A stretch of 63,968 bases of DNA, the filler included, from Catajapyx aquilonaris (taxonomy: Eukaryota): NCBI GenBank assembly GCA_000934665.2. It is 3 parts of 3 records of this genome, joined end to end, with 100 filler letters (N's around TTAATTAATTAA, not from the genome) between each part and the next. Parts side by side here need not be neighbours in the genome. Positions count along the whole stretch, not along the records: positions 1 to 21,361 come from KZ539471.1; positions 21,462 to 42,837 come from KZ539472.1; 1 more part is not named here. One strand, written 5' to 3'. Numbering within the stretch: position 1 is the stretch's first letter; each line of letters opens with the position of its first letter. The translations under genes were made by a program, and so were the position numbers. Under the pieces are notes generated by a model. It did not search any database, was not told where the DNA came from, and saw only the letters and a program-made list of their open reading frames with translations. Shown in pieces: positions 11,397-23,879 of this stretch.

Positions 11397-12874
11397 AGGT
11401 CTGAACTCAAAGCGACTTGAAACTACGACATGTGCGTCAAAGTCCGACTTGTGCGTGAAATTCGTACTTTTGCGTGCGTTGGAACGCCGTTTCTGCATGC
11501 GTTGAGGGCTTGAGGCCTCTTGTTGATATTGGTTGACCGTGGTTGTCCGTGGTTGCCATTCACCGCGCGCAACTGTTGGCACCCTGATGCGTTTGGGCCC
11601 CAGGCCTGCCCCTGGTCGTCAGCATCTGGTGGTCTGACCAAGAGGCTGCTGATCATCTTTCACGGAAAACCCAACAGTAGGCCTGTTATAAAGTTGCGTT
11701 TTCCTCGTCTTCCTCCCCTTCTTTGACCACTTCCACCAACGAATAAAAATTCCCCTCCCTAAAAAGGCCTCATTTTCACCTCCTTCCTAAATCTCGGGCG
11801 CGCCCCCTGACCACGGTAGTCTTTCGCAATATGGCTGAAACTTGATATGCAGCGTTATGTCATAGTTCTGTACTGCCGTGATTTTTTTTTTTCCTGCGAA
11901 ATCCGAGATGGTCGAGGAACATTCTTGCGCTCTCTTGATTCGGAATGGCCCAACTATTTCGAGAAATATGGTTTTGTGACTGCCCCGAGGTCCAAAATTA
12001 AGTTCAGACAAACGGAATGCTCATTATTGTGAGCTACGAATGACCTAAGGAACATGGTAATAGCGATGAAATTCCATGGACAAGAAGAGTGTTACATGTA
12101 GATGTATAGTGTCATTACGAAAGAAAGTTTCATTAAACATTTCAAAAAAAAAAAAAAATCGAATGAAAACCCACTAGCCAATTAACAGTAGTCCCTCGTC
12201 TTCATCACTCCTCAAAAAATATCGGGCTGGTCTGCCCCGTATCCAGACCTCCACACCACCAGACCACCACACGTGCTAGAGAAGAGCCCATTCACAATGG
12301 GCGGGTAATGGAGAGCATGTTGCAATCGACTAAAAATTCACTCAAGGGGCAGGCTGCCATGAGGCCGATTGACTTCAGACACACACGGAAAGGGAAGGCA
12401 GACTGTCCCTCCTCACATTAAAAAAAAAACCTCAGGATGATCTGCCCCGGGGCCAGACCACCAGATGCGGACAGGCAGAGCCCATCCACAATAATGGGCA
12501 GGCAATACAAGACTCCCGCGCATGATCGCATTTCGCCGACATTTTGACATGATGCCTGATTGCGCCGCTAGAGGTACGAAACTGGAACGTGGTCAATATA
12601 ATTATTGTTGACCGTTGTTGACATTCGATTGTTGGCACTTTTCGATTATCGTGCTGCACGACATACTGCGCATGCGCCCTCGGGGATGGAACTGCACGCG
12701 CATGCGCAGCCGGCGCGGCGGGATGGATTCGAACACGCATAAGTTCGATTTTGACGCACAAGTCGATATGGAAACAGCCCTATTTCCCATACAAACAAGG
12801 CCATGGAAACGCACACGCAAAAGTACGACTTTGACGCACTAGTCGTAGTTTCAAGTCGCTTTGAGTTCAGACCT
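11397..12874. mobile_element. PIF/Harbinger non-autonomous element with a further insertion inside
   Basis: TIR AGGTCTGAACTCAAAGCGACTTGAAACTACGAC at both ends and a TAA duplication. The empty site gcatgTAActgtat is present in another satellite unit (16907-16920). Confidence 0.9.
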
Positions 12875-14773
12875 TAACTGTATTATGTGAACCTTATTAT
12901 TTTTTATTTTATGACTATAGGGCCTATGAATTATTTTAATTATTGAAATGGGACGTTGCCCAGTTCCGGCAAAATATTTCGATAAATAGGTCTGTTATGT
13001 TAGATTTGACCACGGATGAAAGCAGTTAGCGTCAAAAGAGAGACTATGTAAGTATTTCTTGATTCTTGAGCACTTACTTTTCCTTAGGACGTTATGGCTA
13101 AGCTTCACATAATAAATGACCCAAAATGGAAAGGGGATAAGTCCATGAGACCTAATTTTACAGGAGAGGCAAAAAACTGATATGCTGCGTTGTAAATTCT
13201 TCAAGGGAAATGTTGATCTTAGTCTCCTTCGGCATCATGTTGAGCACAGTTCGGTGGAAAACGCGTCATTACAGATGCGTGCGAGCGATTTAAAGGGACG
13301 AGACTTACATCCTTTTCATTCTGAATGATGGGAGGATGAGGAAATCTGTGCCGTTCTGCCACATGATGACATAATTAACACCAAGTAATGCACTCATTGA
13401 TATACGCAAACAGTCGTCTACTTAATTTTTTTTGAATACCGGTACATGTCGGTATTTACCGAATAATGACACATATCTCCCATACGTCCTTGGTTTTGAG
13501 AGGGGATATTAGTATCATTTCCCACCAAGGCAGCAACATTATGCCCTCAGTCACTGTCGCCCTCAGACTCCTCTCCTCCTGTTTTGTCCTTAGTTAGTGA
13601 CTTATAGAGAGACTGTGCGCCACTTGTTAAATACTTACAGAGTTTCAAAACATCTGTGAGTTTCAAGGGCTTTATGCTGGGTAATGCTGTTCCATAAAAT
13701 ATGTATGCCAGGACCGCACTGCCACACGTACGGCTGGATTAGCGGAGAGACCAGCCTCCATTGCCTCTCCTGGGTTAGTGAAGGGTTAGTGCGACGCAAA
13801 AGAAGGGGCCCCCCTTCACTAAGTTTTGCCTTAGTGCACCGCTTTAACAGGATCGCACTAAGTCCGCACTAGGCCTAAAGCGCGACTCTGCATGCGACTT
13901 TTCTTAGTGAACTGGGCCACGTGGTTTAAAGCACTGCACTATAACTTCTTGTTGTTGACTGAATACGGCCCATTATTTTTAATTTTATGACTATGAATTA
14001 TTTCAATTATTGAAATGGGACGTTGCCCAGTTCCGGCCAAATATTTCGATATTATGTTAGTTTTGACCAAGGATGAAAGCAGTTAGCTTCAAAAACGATA
14101 CTATTATTAGTAACGTTGATGTAAGTACAGTATTTATTGATTCTCGTGCACCTACTTTTACTTAGGGCGTTATGGCTAAGGCTCACATATGTAATTGAAG
14201 ACCACAATTCAATAAGGGCCCAATATATTATGAAAATCGAAAATGTCCAGGAAGCAAAAAAAGCTATTTATTTCTGTTTCTGTTCATAAGTTCATGGTAG
14301 GCAATTGTGCTAAACCTAATGACAGATATAATTATACAACATGAATACATGACAGCACTTTCATCGAAATCGGCATGTAATTTATATTTTATTTAAATAC
14401 TTTTAATGCTCACAATTGCACCCTTCTTGCATCGTATCGTTCCTTTGGCTTAAATATGTAGAATAAACCGTCTCAGGATAAAATATATTATAATATACAG
14501 GAGACATAGTATTCGCCTCAGAGTAATTACACGTTATGGGGAGACGGAGTGGCGCCCACATTGACATGTACTTACCTTGTATCATGCCAAACAAGATAAG
14601 TACATATCAATTCTCAGCGGGAACCATACCATAGTTAAAAAGTTATTGAGAAAAGTTTGGGTTTCCATTCGGGAGAATCGCCCTGTATATTATAGCAGAA
14701 CTCTTCGGTTTTGACCAACGATGAAAGCAATTAGCTTCAAAAACGATACTATTCTTAACGTTAATGTAAATAC

Positions 14774-15785
14774 CAGGGTGTCCGTGGATTGACCGGTCAG
14801 ACCTGTCACCAGAATTGACACCAGATCATGTTATATAGAGGATTCATTATGTCTGGGCAGCCTCATCACTGACGATGGAATAAGTGTAAGTGTTATCCGT
14901 GGAGTTGCTGAATGAAACTTGGCACAATAATATAGGCAGGTAAGTTATTAAAGAAAATGCAAACAATTTAGGCGAATGCCCACAAGGTCAGAAGTTATGA
15001 CCTCTCGAACTCACAAGGGACCATTTCCACGGTCTCACCTATTTCCTTGAAATTCGGTACATTGGTAGGCCATCCCAAGGGATGAAAAACGCACCTAAAG
15101 TGACCTGCTCAAAATGACCCGGTGACCCCTTTTGGGGGACAGAGGTCAACTCTTAAATGCCGAAAACTCGCCGATTTTCTTGAAATTCGGTGCATTGGTA
15201 GCCCCCAGAAGGGGTCACCGGGTCATTTTGAGCAGGTCACTTTAGGTGCGTTTTTCATCCCTTGGGGTGGCCTACCAATGTACCGAATTTCAAGAAAATC
15301 GGCGTGACCTTGGAAACTGTCCCTTGTGAGTTCGAGAGGTCATAACTTTTGACCTTGTGGGCATTCGCCTAAATTGTTTGCATTTTGTTTAATAACTTGC
15401 ATGCCTATATTATTGTGCCAAGTTTCATTCAGCAACTCCACGGACAACACTTACACTTCCCTTGTGAGATAATTGATCATTTGAGATTTAGCGATTGGGC
15501 CTGGTCAGTGGTTACCCTGGGTCGGTCATCAGGGCCCTCCCTAATGCGTGTCAGTGTGTGCCATGCGACATGCTAGTCGCCAAATGGGATCACTGCTATT
15601 TTGACCGGTGATACGATTTCGGGGCTGAAGGTTTCCATACCTCCCAGAATACTTTGTATTTGTCGTTTGAAGGTAATTATCTCAGTAATGAGGCTGCCCA
15701 GACATAATGACTCCTCTACATAACATGATCCTCTGGTATCAATTGAGCCACTGCAGGTCTGACTGGTCAATTCACGGACACCCTG
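14774..15785. mobile_element. Tc1-type MITE containing a ~570-bp foldback (14885-15455)
   Basis: TIRs CAGGGTGTCCGTGgATTGACC / GGTCAATTCACGGACACCCTG. The inner inverted arms are ~14885-15130 and ~15210-15455. Confidence 0.85.
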
Positions 15786-15819
15786 CATTTCTTGATTCTT
15801 GTGCGCTTTTTTTTACGTT

Positions 15820-16149
15820 ACCCAATTAGAGAGAACGGAGCTCCTTTAGGGGGGGGGGGGGGTGTGAACCACCGTAAATATAATTTTTCTTATTTTTACT
15901 TCAGCACCGGTGCAAGGACAAAAGGAAATCGGGTATGGATGGGGATTTCTGGGGAGGGGACACGGGTGCAGGTGCAATGTCGGTAAGAGGGTCATGTGCA
16001 GTCCCCCAGGAGGTCAGGTTGCCAGACACCTCCAAGGTTCGGGTCAGAGACCCTCCTGACGCAGGCGAAAGGGAGCTTCCAGGCGGGGACCGAACCTACT
16101 GGGACCTTTCACTCAGCAAGCCGAGACGTCACCATCTCGGCTATTCCCC
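15820..16149 (-). mobile_element. tRNA-derived SINE, family A
   Basis: Reverse complement is similar to 10390-10690. Confidence 0.8.
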
Positions 16150-18065
16150 GATTCTTGAGCACTTACTTTTACTTAGGCCGTTATGGCTATATAGTGTTTC
16201 ACACATGTAATTACTGCATCGGAGTATTCACAAATACGATAATAAGAGAAGTGGCTGTCATTGGCATTTATTTGCATGTAACTATATTATTTTTAACCTT
16301 ATTATTTTTAATTTTGTGACTCTAAATTATTTTAATTATTGAAATAGAACGTTGCCCAGTTCCGGCAGAATATTTCGATATTATGTTAGTTTTGACCAAG
16401 GATTAAAGCAGTTAGCGGCTTCAAAAACGATACTATTATTAGTAACGTTGATGTAAGTATTTATTGATTCATTTGCACTTACTTTTACTTAGGGCGTTAC
16501 GGCTGAGCTTCACACATGTAATTACTGCATCGGACTATTCACAAAATATGCGGTATTTAGAGAAGTGGCTGTCATTTGCATTTATTTGCATGTAACGATA
16601 TTATTTTAACCTTATTATTTTGTTTTATGACAGTGAATTATTTTAATTATTGAAATGGGACGTCAGTTGCCAGTTCCGGCAAAATATTTCGATAAATAGG
16701 TCTATTATGTTAGTTTTGACCACGGATGAAATCAGTTAGCTTCAAAAAAGATACTTTTCTTAACGTTGATGTAAGTATTTCTTGATTCTTGAGCACTTAC
16801 TTTTACATAGGCGTTATGGCTAAGCCTCACATATGTAATATTACTGCATAGGACTATTAACAAATGCGATAATAATTAGAGAAGTGGCTGTCATTTGCAT
16901 TTATTTGCATGTAACTGTATTATTTGAACCTTATTATTTTTTATTTTATGACTATATGAATTATTTTAATTATTGAAATGGGACGTTGCCCAGTTCCGGC
17001 AAAATATGTTGATAAATAGGTCTGTTATGTTAGATTTGACCACGGATGAAAGCGTTAGCGTCTAAAGCGATATTATTCTTAACGTTGATGTAAGTATTTC
17101 TTGATTCTTGAGCCCTTACTTTTACTTAGGACGTTATCAGTGGCTAAGGTTCACATATACTGCATCGGACTATTCACAAATGGAATATAATTATAATATA
17201 AATTGCTGTCATTTGCATTTATTGACATGTATATCTGTTTGCTTTCGGTTTAGTTGAATTGAATTGTGGAAGCGCTGAAGTACTACATACCCTCGCCAGA
17301 AGCAGAAATTAATCGGTCACCGAAGAAGGAATTTCAGAAGGCTTCGGAGCAGAGGTGGCGATAAGCAGCCATACATGGCCGGCCCATTGAGAATCACTGA
17401 TAAGGTATTTAAAATTCAACATCTTACTACCCCTCAAGTGGTCTACTGGCTCAAGTCCGACCGAATTATTGCGACCCACGAACATAGGTTCCCCTAGGAA
17501 GATAATTTTGTTCGGTTTGGCCGTCGCATGCGTCCAGGCGTTCCGACCGGACCTATAGGGAAACCTACAGTATATTATTTTATTTTGTCGGTTGCAAAGC
17601 TTCTGGTCGTGCGACCGAGGTTCAAATCGTAAGGGCGTAAACAGGCCAATATCTGACTTCGACTGACAAATACCGGTTTTGGCCTGATTTGGGCTCGAAA
17701 GTGGTATGTGGTCGGACCCTCGGACCTAGTCAGACTTGGTGTCTTACTGTACACTACAAGGGATTTGAGGAGATATTTATCGTCACTACACTGCACCTTA
17801 TAAGAAGCTAATTGAAGGGGAGACAATGCAAAGGTCATAAGTGCCAAAAAATCCTCATTTGAGTTATGAGTGTCAAGGTATCCTATGTGGCATCGCCAAT
17901 GTTGGGTAGAAGTCCCAAGTGCCAGAAAAATCAGTAAGGTTCTGCATTTGGCCAGTAGATGGGGAGGTTGCCTATGTTGTTTTGTTTTGTTGAGGAGAAT
18001 GAAACATGCATAACTCAAAATCAGGGGTTTGGCATTTAGGACCTTTGCATTGTCTCCCCTTAGTC

Positions 18066-18190
18066 CGGGCCACAGAAAACCACAGAAATCCACAGAAAAC
18101 CACCGTCAGGATCGCCGGGCCTGGGATTCGAACCCATGACCTCCCTATCAGCAGTCTGGCTCCTTAACCCCTACACCAACCTGCTTCGGT
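18066..18190 (-). mobile_element. tRNA-derived SINE, family D (head fragment)
   Basis: Minus strand reads ACCGAAGCAGGTTGGTGTAGGGGTTAAGGAGCCAGACTGC...GGTTCGAATCCC, as in 53611-53910. Confidence 0.75.
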
Positions 18191-18970
18191 CAAAATGACC
18201 TATTGTACAACATTCATCTACGTGGGTGCTACGAAAAATAATCATTAAAATATGCACGTGGTGAACAGTGGCGCACTTGCCCCCCAACATGGGGCAAGCG
18301 CGATATTGGAATTCTGTCACAGTAATAAACACTTTTCGGGTTGCATATAGGACTAGTGCCAAAGACACAAACTTCCTCTGTCAATCTGTTTCCCGAATAA
18401 AAATTTACCAACTATTTATTTCGGGACAAACTTTTATTCGCTGCTCCGCAACAGGTTGGCTAACAGTACTGACATTATCTGATTTAAATGAATTATATCG
18501 AAGTGTTTTCACACTGTCAGTGTTCGAAATTAGCATGTAGCCAGTAGCGGACTATCCATTGTCTTGTCGCCTCTTTTCGCGACAGCCAACTTTATTCCTC
18601 CAATATTGCATTTTGAACCACATAGGGGCCTACCCATATTAATTGGGTACGCACTTGCCACTGACAATGCGATGGATAGTAAGGGGAAAGTGCGTCACCC
18701 CTTTTTGAAACCACCCTGATTATGCCACCAAAAATGGAACAATAACAGCATGATAGTATTTACACCTTAACTTCTTACGTACATTGCCGGAGGCTAGGGG
18801 TTAAGGCCATTTCACAAAAAAACGTCGCGCGGCAAAAGGCGCGCGTTGCGGTATATTTCTTATTTATATTTATTATTGCCAACAATAATTAATAACAATT
18901 GGCGGGGCAGGCGTTTGCCGCTTGTCGCTGCCGCAATATCTTTTTGTGTTTTGGCCTTTACGCAGCATGA

Positions 18971-19300
18971 TGTGGGGAGGCGAAGTGGCGCTGCGGTAAC
19001 GTATGCGCCCGCGGATGTTAAGGTCCCGGGTTCGATCCCAACCCGGAGTTCCCCCCTTCATCTCGCGCAGAGTAAGACCGTCTCTGGCTTCGTTTCGGGT
19101 GGCGATCCTTTCACATATGCCACCCGGGGGAGTTCACAAAACGGCACATCAACGTCTGTGCACACGCACTTCGCTCATCCCCTCCTACCTACCCTTGGAA
19201 CACACTAAATACTATCTTAGTATACCAGTTCCACCCAGATGGTGGTATTCCACCCCCCTAAAGGATATGTAACTCCCAATGAGGTAATGCAAAAAAAATA
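18971..19300 (+). mobile_element. tRNA-derived SINE, family B head with a different, poly-A-ending tail; flanked by 106-bp direct repeats
   Basis: Head GGGGAGGCGAAGTGGCGCTGCGGTAAC...GGTTCGATCCC. Direct repeat at 18865-18970 and 19301-19406 with one mismatch. Confidence 0.85.
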
Positions 19301-19414
19301 TATATTTATTATTGCCAACAATAATTAATAACAATTGGCGGGGCAGGCGTTTGCCGCTTGTCGCTGCCGCAATATCTTTTTGTGTTTTGGACTTTACGCA
19401 GCATGAGATTCAAG

Positions 19415-19990
19415 ACTCGCTTTGCGAGGCGGTGGGGCTGCGCCCCACTTGCGCGCCTTGGGCGCAATATATTGGTCGAGCCGCAGGGAGCTCCACCTCA
19501 GTCTCCGTATAACTATGGGAGGCCCGGGGTTCAGGTACACCAGACTGACTCCACGACCGCCAGTCTCCGATGCGAACACAGCACGTGTTTTAAATGGGTC
19601 GGAGTGAAGACTGATCCGCTTACTAAGCATCCACCACTGACGTCACCGACAGACCAACCGAACGAGTCTCTGACGTAGCCTATCATTCCCACGGCAGGTT
19701 TGAGTCGAGAGTGAACGCAGATGGGAGCGGCTGGTGGGGTGCGTTGGTTGGAGATGGGTGGGTGGCCTATTGTTTTCTGGGGCTTAACCACATGGCCAGC
19801 AAGGTCGGGAATTTTAAAAATCGTTCTGCGAGCATATCTCGCAAACGGTTGGGAATTTTGCGATTATGAAGATTTTTGGCATCGCTAATTCGGGGGCAAA
19901 TAATCCTGCGAAACTTTTCCCAGCGCTCTACGAACTCGGGAAGTGAGATTTTTTTCCAATCCTTCATCCTCCTCCTATATCCTCCTATAT
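19415..19990 (+). repeat. Dispersed repeat family, second copy at ~35205-35790
   Basis: Both copies share, in order, ctcgct..gcgaggcg, ctccgatgcgaacacagca, gcgattatga.gatttttgg, cggggg.caa, cgggaagtg and tatatcctcct. Confidence 0.7.
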
Positions 19991-20099
19991 CAGCGATTCT
20001 CAAACTTTGCCACATTTTTTATCAGGTGGGCAAAGGTCGTCGTGAAGGTTTACGTGATTTTCGATAGCTCCTGCCACCTTGTGCCATAGAGTCCAGGTG

Positions 20100-21361
20100 C
20101 TAAGGGACAAATTTGACCCAAACTTTGCATTTTGTGACAAAAGTATGAAACTCGGTACACTTGTTCTTTGGACACTTCTGATCATATCTGGACGTGGAGC
20201 CACGATGACCCACCCCGGTGGTGGTCCATTTCGCAGGGTTTCCATAACTACCAGATGCAGCATCCTTTTAGGACCTTGTATTGGGTGACAAAAACATGCA
20301 ACTCGCCACAATTGGTCTTTGGACACTTCTGAACATGTCCGGATGTGGGGCCATGATGACTGACCCCGCTGTGGGTCACCTGCAGGGTTGACAGATCTAA
20401 CGGACCAAACATACATCTCTGCGAGGATCATGTGAATTGGGAGCTTGCATTCGGTGATAAAAACGTGAAACGCGGTACGGTAGTTCTTCGAACACATCTC
20501 AACATATCTGGACGTGGGGTCACAGTGGGTGACCCCTGGTGGCCTCGCCAGGGGTCACTATCGCGGAGTTGCCTAATCGAACATGTGTTGCACACCTTTA
20601 CATGAAAAAGGGCCTTGCATTCGGTGATAAAACACTGCTAAAACATGAAACTCGCCCCAATTGGTCTACGGACTATACTGAACATGTCTGGAAGTAAGGC
20701 CACTATGGATGACCCCGCTGGGGTCACTCGCAGGGTTGCCAGATCTAATGGGCCCTCTAAGTAAACTATGTGAATAGGGAGCTTGCATTCGGTGACGAAG
20801 ACGTGAAACTCGGTACAATATAGTTCTTTGCACACTTCCGAACATATCTGGACGTGGGGACACGATGACCCACCCCGGTGGAGGGCACTATCATGGTGTT
20901 GCCAAATCTAACAGACTGTGCAACATGCGTTTATATTTTGATAGGGAGCTTGCATTTGGTGACAAAGACGTGAAACTTGGTAGAATTGTTCTTTGGACAC
21001 TTCCGAACATATCTGGACGGGGAGCCACGATGATCCACCCCGAGGGAGGGCACTATCGCAGGGTTGCCATATCTAACAGAATGTGCAACACGTGTTTATT
21101 TTTGAATAATGAGCTTGCATTCGGTGACAAAGCCATAAAACTTGGTACGTTAGTTCTATGCACACTTCCGAACATATCTGGACGTGGGGCCCCGATGACC
21201 CACCCCGAGAAAGGGCACTATCGCGGCGTTGCCGTATATAGTCGGGGCAACCTAGGAATACTCCATATGAATAGGGAGCTTGCATTCGGTGACAAAGCCA
21301 TAAAACTTGGTACGTTAGTTCTTTGGACACTTCCGAAAATATCTGGACGTGGAGCCACGAT
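20100..21361. repeat. ~165-bp tandem repeat array (about 8 units) running into the scaffold end
   Basis: The unit gcttgcattcggtgacaaa..gaaactcggtac..gttctttggacacttccgaacatatctggacgtgg..cacgatgacccacccc recurs at ~20123, 20275, 20443, 20613, 20781, 20948, 21113 and 21278. Confidence 0.92.
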
Positions 21362-21461
21362 NNNNNNNNNNNNNNNNNNNNNNNNNNNNNNNNNNNNNNN
21401 NNNNNTTAATTAATTAANNNNNNNNNNNNNNNNNNNNNNNNNNNNNNNNNNNNNNNNNNNN
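21362..21461. other. Artificial scaffold-joining spacer
   Basis: 44 N + TTAATTAATTAA (stops in all six frames) + 44 N = 100 nt. Confidence 0.95.
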
Positions 21462-22654
21462 TTAATTTACCAAGGTAGGACTGTTTACTGTCCTTTCCCA
21501 ACAGAAAATTATTTGAAAGTAAAAATGGAGACAAATGTGACGGTAAAAATTCGAAAGTAATGCATCCGGGTCCGCCATTTCATGCATTCCTTTTCAAATA
21601 TTTATTGGACCAGGTTATGGACCAATGCGAAAAATAAGGTCAGGAGTGAGTTCACAACATCTGCATGAAGGGGAACTCATGGAAAAGGGTCATAAAAACC
21701 TTACCTGACGCAGAATATGACCAGGTGTCCTCCAAGGCAACAAGCAAAATAAACGCAAAACAGATAGGATGTTTAGATGAGTCACAGAGGCGAAGTTATT
21801 AATGGAATTGCGAAAACGAAGGTGCTCAGATGTTCTCAAGATTATGCTTCAAAAGATAGTGTACATTAGAACTGCTTGTGGGCTTTTAAAAGATGTGAAA
21901 AGACGCTGTGAAAAGTAGGGTTAAAAAACCTGGGGGGGTCCGAAACTTTCCGTCCACCCTGTAGTAACATATGCAATGACGTACAAATGTCTCATATTTT
22001 TCATTTTGTGGCAGGAATATGAGCATTATCCTGAAAAAAGCTAATGTACTTTTCATTTCATGGAAGTTGGCATGCACATTTCCACTTTGTGTTTTCAAGA
22101 AATATGGTGATCACTAGTTAGGAAATGTTAGAAAATGCACAATACTTTCAGGTGCTTATTGTTCACGAAAAGTAATACTCCCTTATATTTCATAAAATAA
22201 ATTATTCTGCAGCCTTGTTAGAACAATCCTTAAAATGGGCAATGCATGGGAAACCAACAATTGCATACATTAACTCCAGGGGAAATCTGAAAGTGGATGA
22301 TCTGCATCATTTCATCATTTGATTCAGCACTCCCTGCTCTTCTTTGCCACTAGGTTTCAATCAAAATGGGATGAAGGGGACCAGATATGTAATTATATCC
22401 AAGAAAAATGAAAGGTTCCTTTCTGCCATACATCCTTGCATCCAGACTTCCCTGGTGAAATAGATTTGAACCTAAAGTCTGTAAGTTCTTTAAAGTTTAA
22501 ATGTGAAATAACATTCAGATTGTTACTCGTTTGAGGGATAATTAGGATTGCATAAACATTTATTTGAAATCTTACACATCCATTGTATCCCCTTTATACA
22601 TATGAAGAAAGTTATTTTAAAAGCCCTCTGTACATAAAAATAGTTTCATTTCAG

Positions 22655-22828
22655 AAATGGTGTGGGATGTTAGCATTGGAAGGGAAAGATGATCGAGTCA
22701 TCTCAGCTCTAAGATCATTAGGTTTTCCAAACATCCTTCCACTTGTTATTTTGTGGATATGGCAGCGAGGTCCTGAGCATCATTTGGATGATATTTTCAT
22801 CCTGCAAAAACTGTGGGAATCAGCAGGG
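22655..22828 (+). CDS. ZFYVE26: ZFYVE26/spastizin internal exon (probable)
   Basis: Acceptor tttcag and donor gtgagt. Open frame KWCGMLALEGK...KLWESAG, phase-compatible with the downstream chain. Confidence 0.65.
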
Positions 22829-22884
22829 GTGAGTTCAAAATATTAGTATGTGATGGTTGCTCAATAACAATGTATATATGGCAG

Positions 22885-23206
22885 GAATTGGATGACATTT
22901 GGCAAGAAGTGTGGCGAGAAATGAATCAGGACTGTGCCATAGTGGAGTGGTCCATGTCAAGGAGTCCATCAATAATTCTGACTGCTTCTGAGCTGTTCCT
23001 GCAGTTTGAGAACAAGATCCAGCATTCTCTCCTGGGGTTGGTCAACAGGGCTGTCAACCTGGCTGAGGTTGATTGTGACCAATTAGAAATTCTACTTGGA
23101 GGCCCTTCTTTACTCAGACAAGCAGAAGTAGCGACGCTGCAAGGGTTTAGGATTCTTCTGAGGGTTTTGTTAGCTTTGGCTGAGTCAAATAGAATCCAAG
23201 AACCAG
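22885..23206 (+). CDS. ZFYVE26: ZFYVE26 internal exon
   Basis: Acceptor ggcag after a 56-nt intron and donor gtaagt. Reads ELDDIWQEVW...HSLLGLV...EVATLQGFRILLRVLLAL; phase 1 out. Confidence 0.72.
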
Positions 23207-23879
23207 GTAAGTTGACATTTCAATAATAATAATAATTGTTCACACTGTTAACCCTCTTGGTACTGGCGCCGTGTTTTACGGCGCCTCACGGCCTGCATCA
23301 CTTTGCGAATTGTTTTACGGAACTTCTATAAGGCGTAAATGAATGCCGTTTTCGGCACATTCACAAACGAAAAAGGCACAACTCACCCAAAAAATCTCAC
23401 GTGATCAGGCTGTCCGACCATCATAGGTGCATTCCGAGAAGCTTGCAAGGTAACTTTTAAAGCTAATTAAATTACCGTAACTCTAAAGATTTAATAAAAA
23501 TAAGCTCATTTTTAGGACTTTCACAATAAATGAATTTGTGTGGTGAGCAAAAATTTGCATAAAAGAATGTTTTAAAGAGTCCCCATGGTGTCCGGTAAAT
23601 ACCCTGGAAAAGCTTGTCCCTTTATGCGTCAGATGACTCGCAATCCCGCATCAGCTGTTTGATCAGCTTGTCAGGAATTTAGTCGGGAGGAAAGAGATAG
23701 CGGGCCCCATACCCTGACAGCTATCGGTGGCACGAAACCAAATTGAAAACTCTGGGAAATTCTTCTTTTTCTGGATACCCACCCACTAATTGCAATTTTA
23801 AAACTGTCCAAGGTCAAATCAACCGGCACTGATTGTTGATTGTTCAAGCTATTGGTAGTATGATAATAAGCAATGGTTA

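Larger units (their letters stand above)
11182..17230. repeat. ~310-320-bp AT-rich tandem repeat (satellite), interrupted by several transposons
   Basis: The motif ttattgaaatgggacgttgcccagttccggcaaaatatttcgat recurs at ~12950, 14017, 16346, 16657 and 16980. Units are uninterrupted over 16150-17230, with partial units at 11182-11396 and 14700-14772. Confidence 0.9.

Noticed and set aside
20100..21361. CRISPR-like regular repeats and the 182-aa ORF 20865-21413
   Set aside because: Whole monomers are homologous, with no unique spacers and no cas genes, in a eukaryotic context. The ORF is a by-product of a 165-nt period, and earlier units contain stops.
21406..21417. TTAATTAATTAA as a homeodomain or piggyBac site
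   Set aside because: It is embedded symmetrically in N runs and is a synthetic linker.
22015..22480. Further upstream ZFYVE26 exons (e.g. LLEQSLKWAMHGKP at ~22213; segment ending at donor 22481)
   Set aside because: Probably real in part, but I could not fix consistent splice sites and phases, so they are not reported as features.
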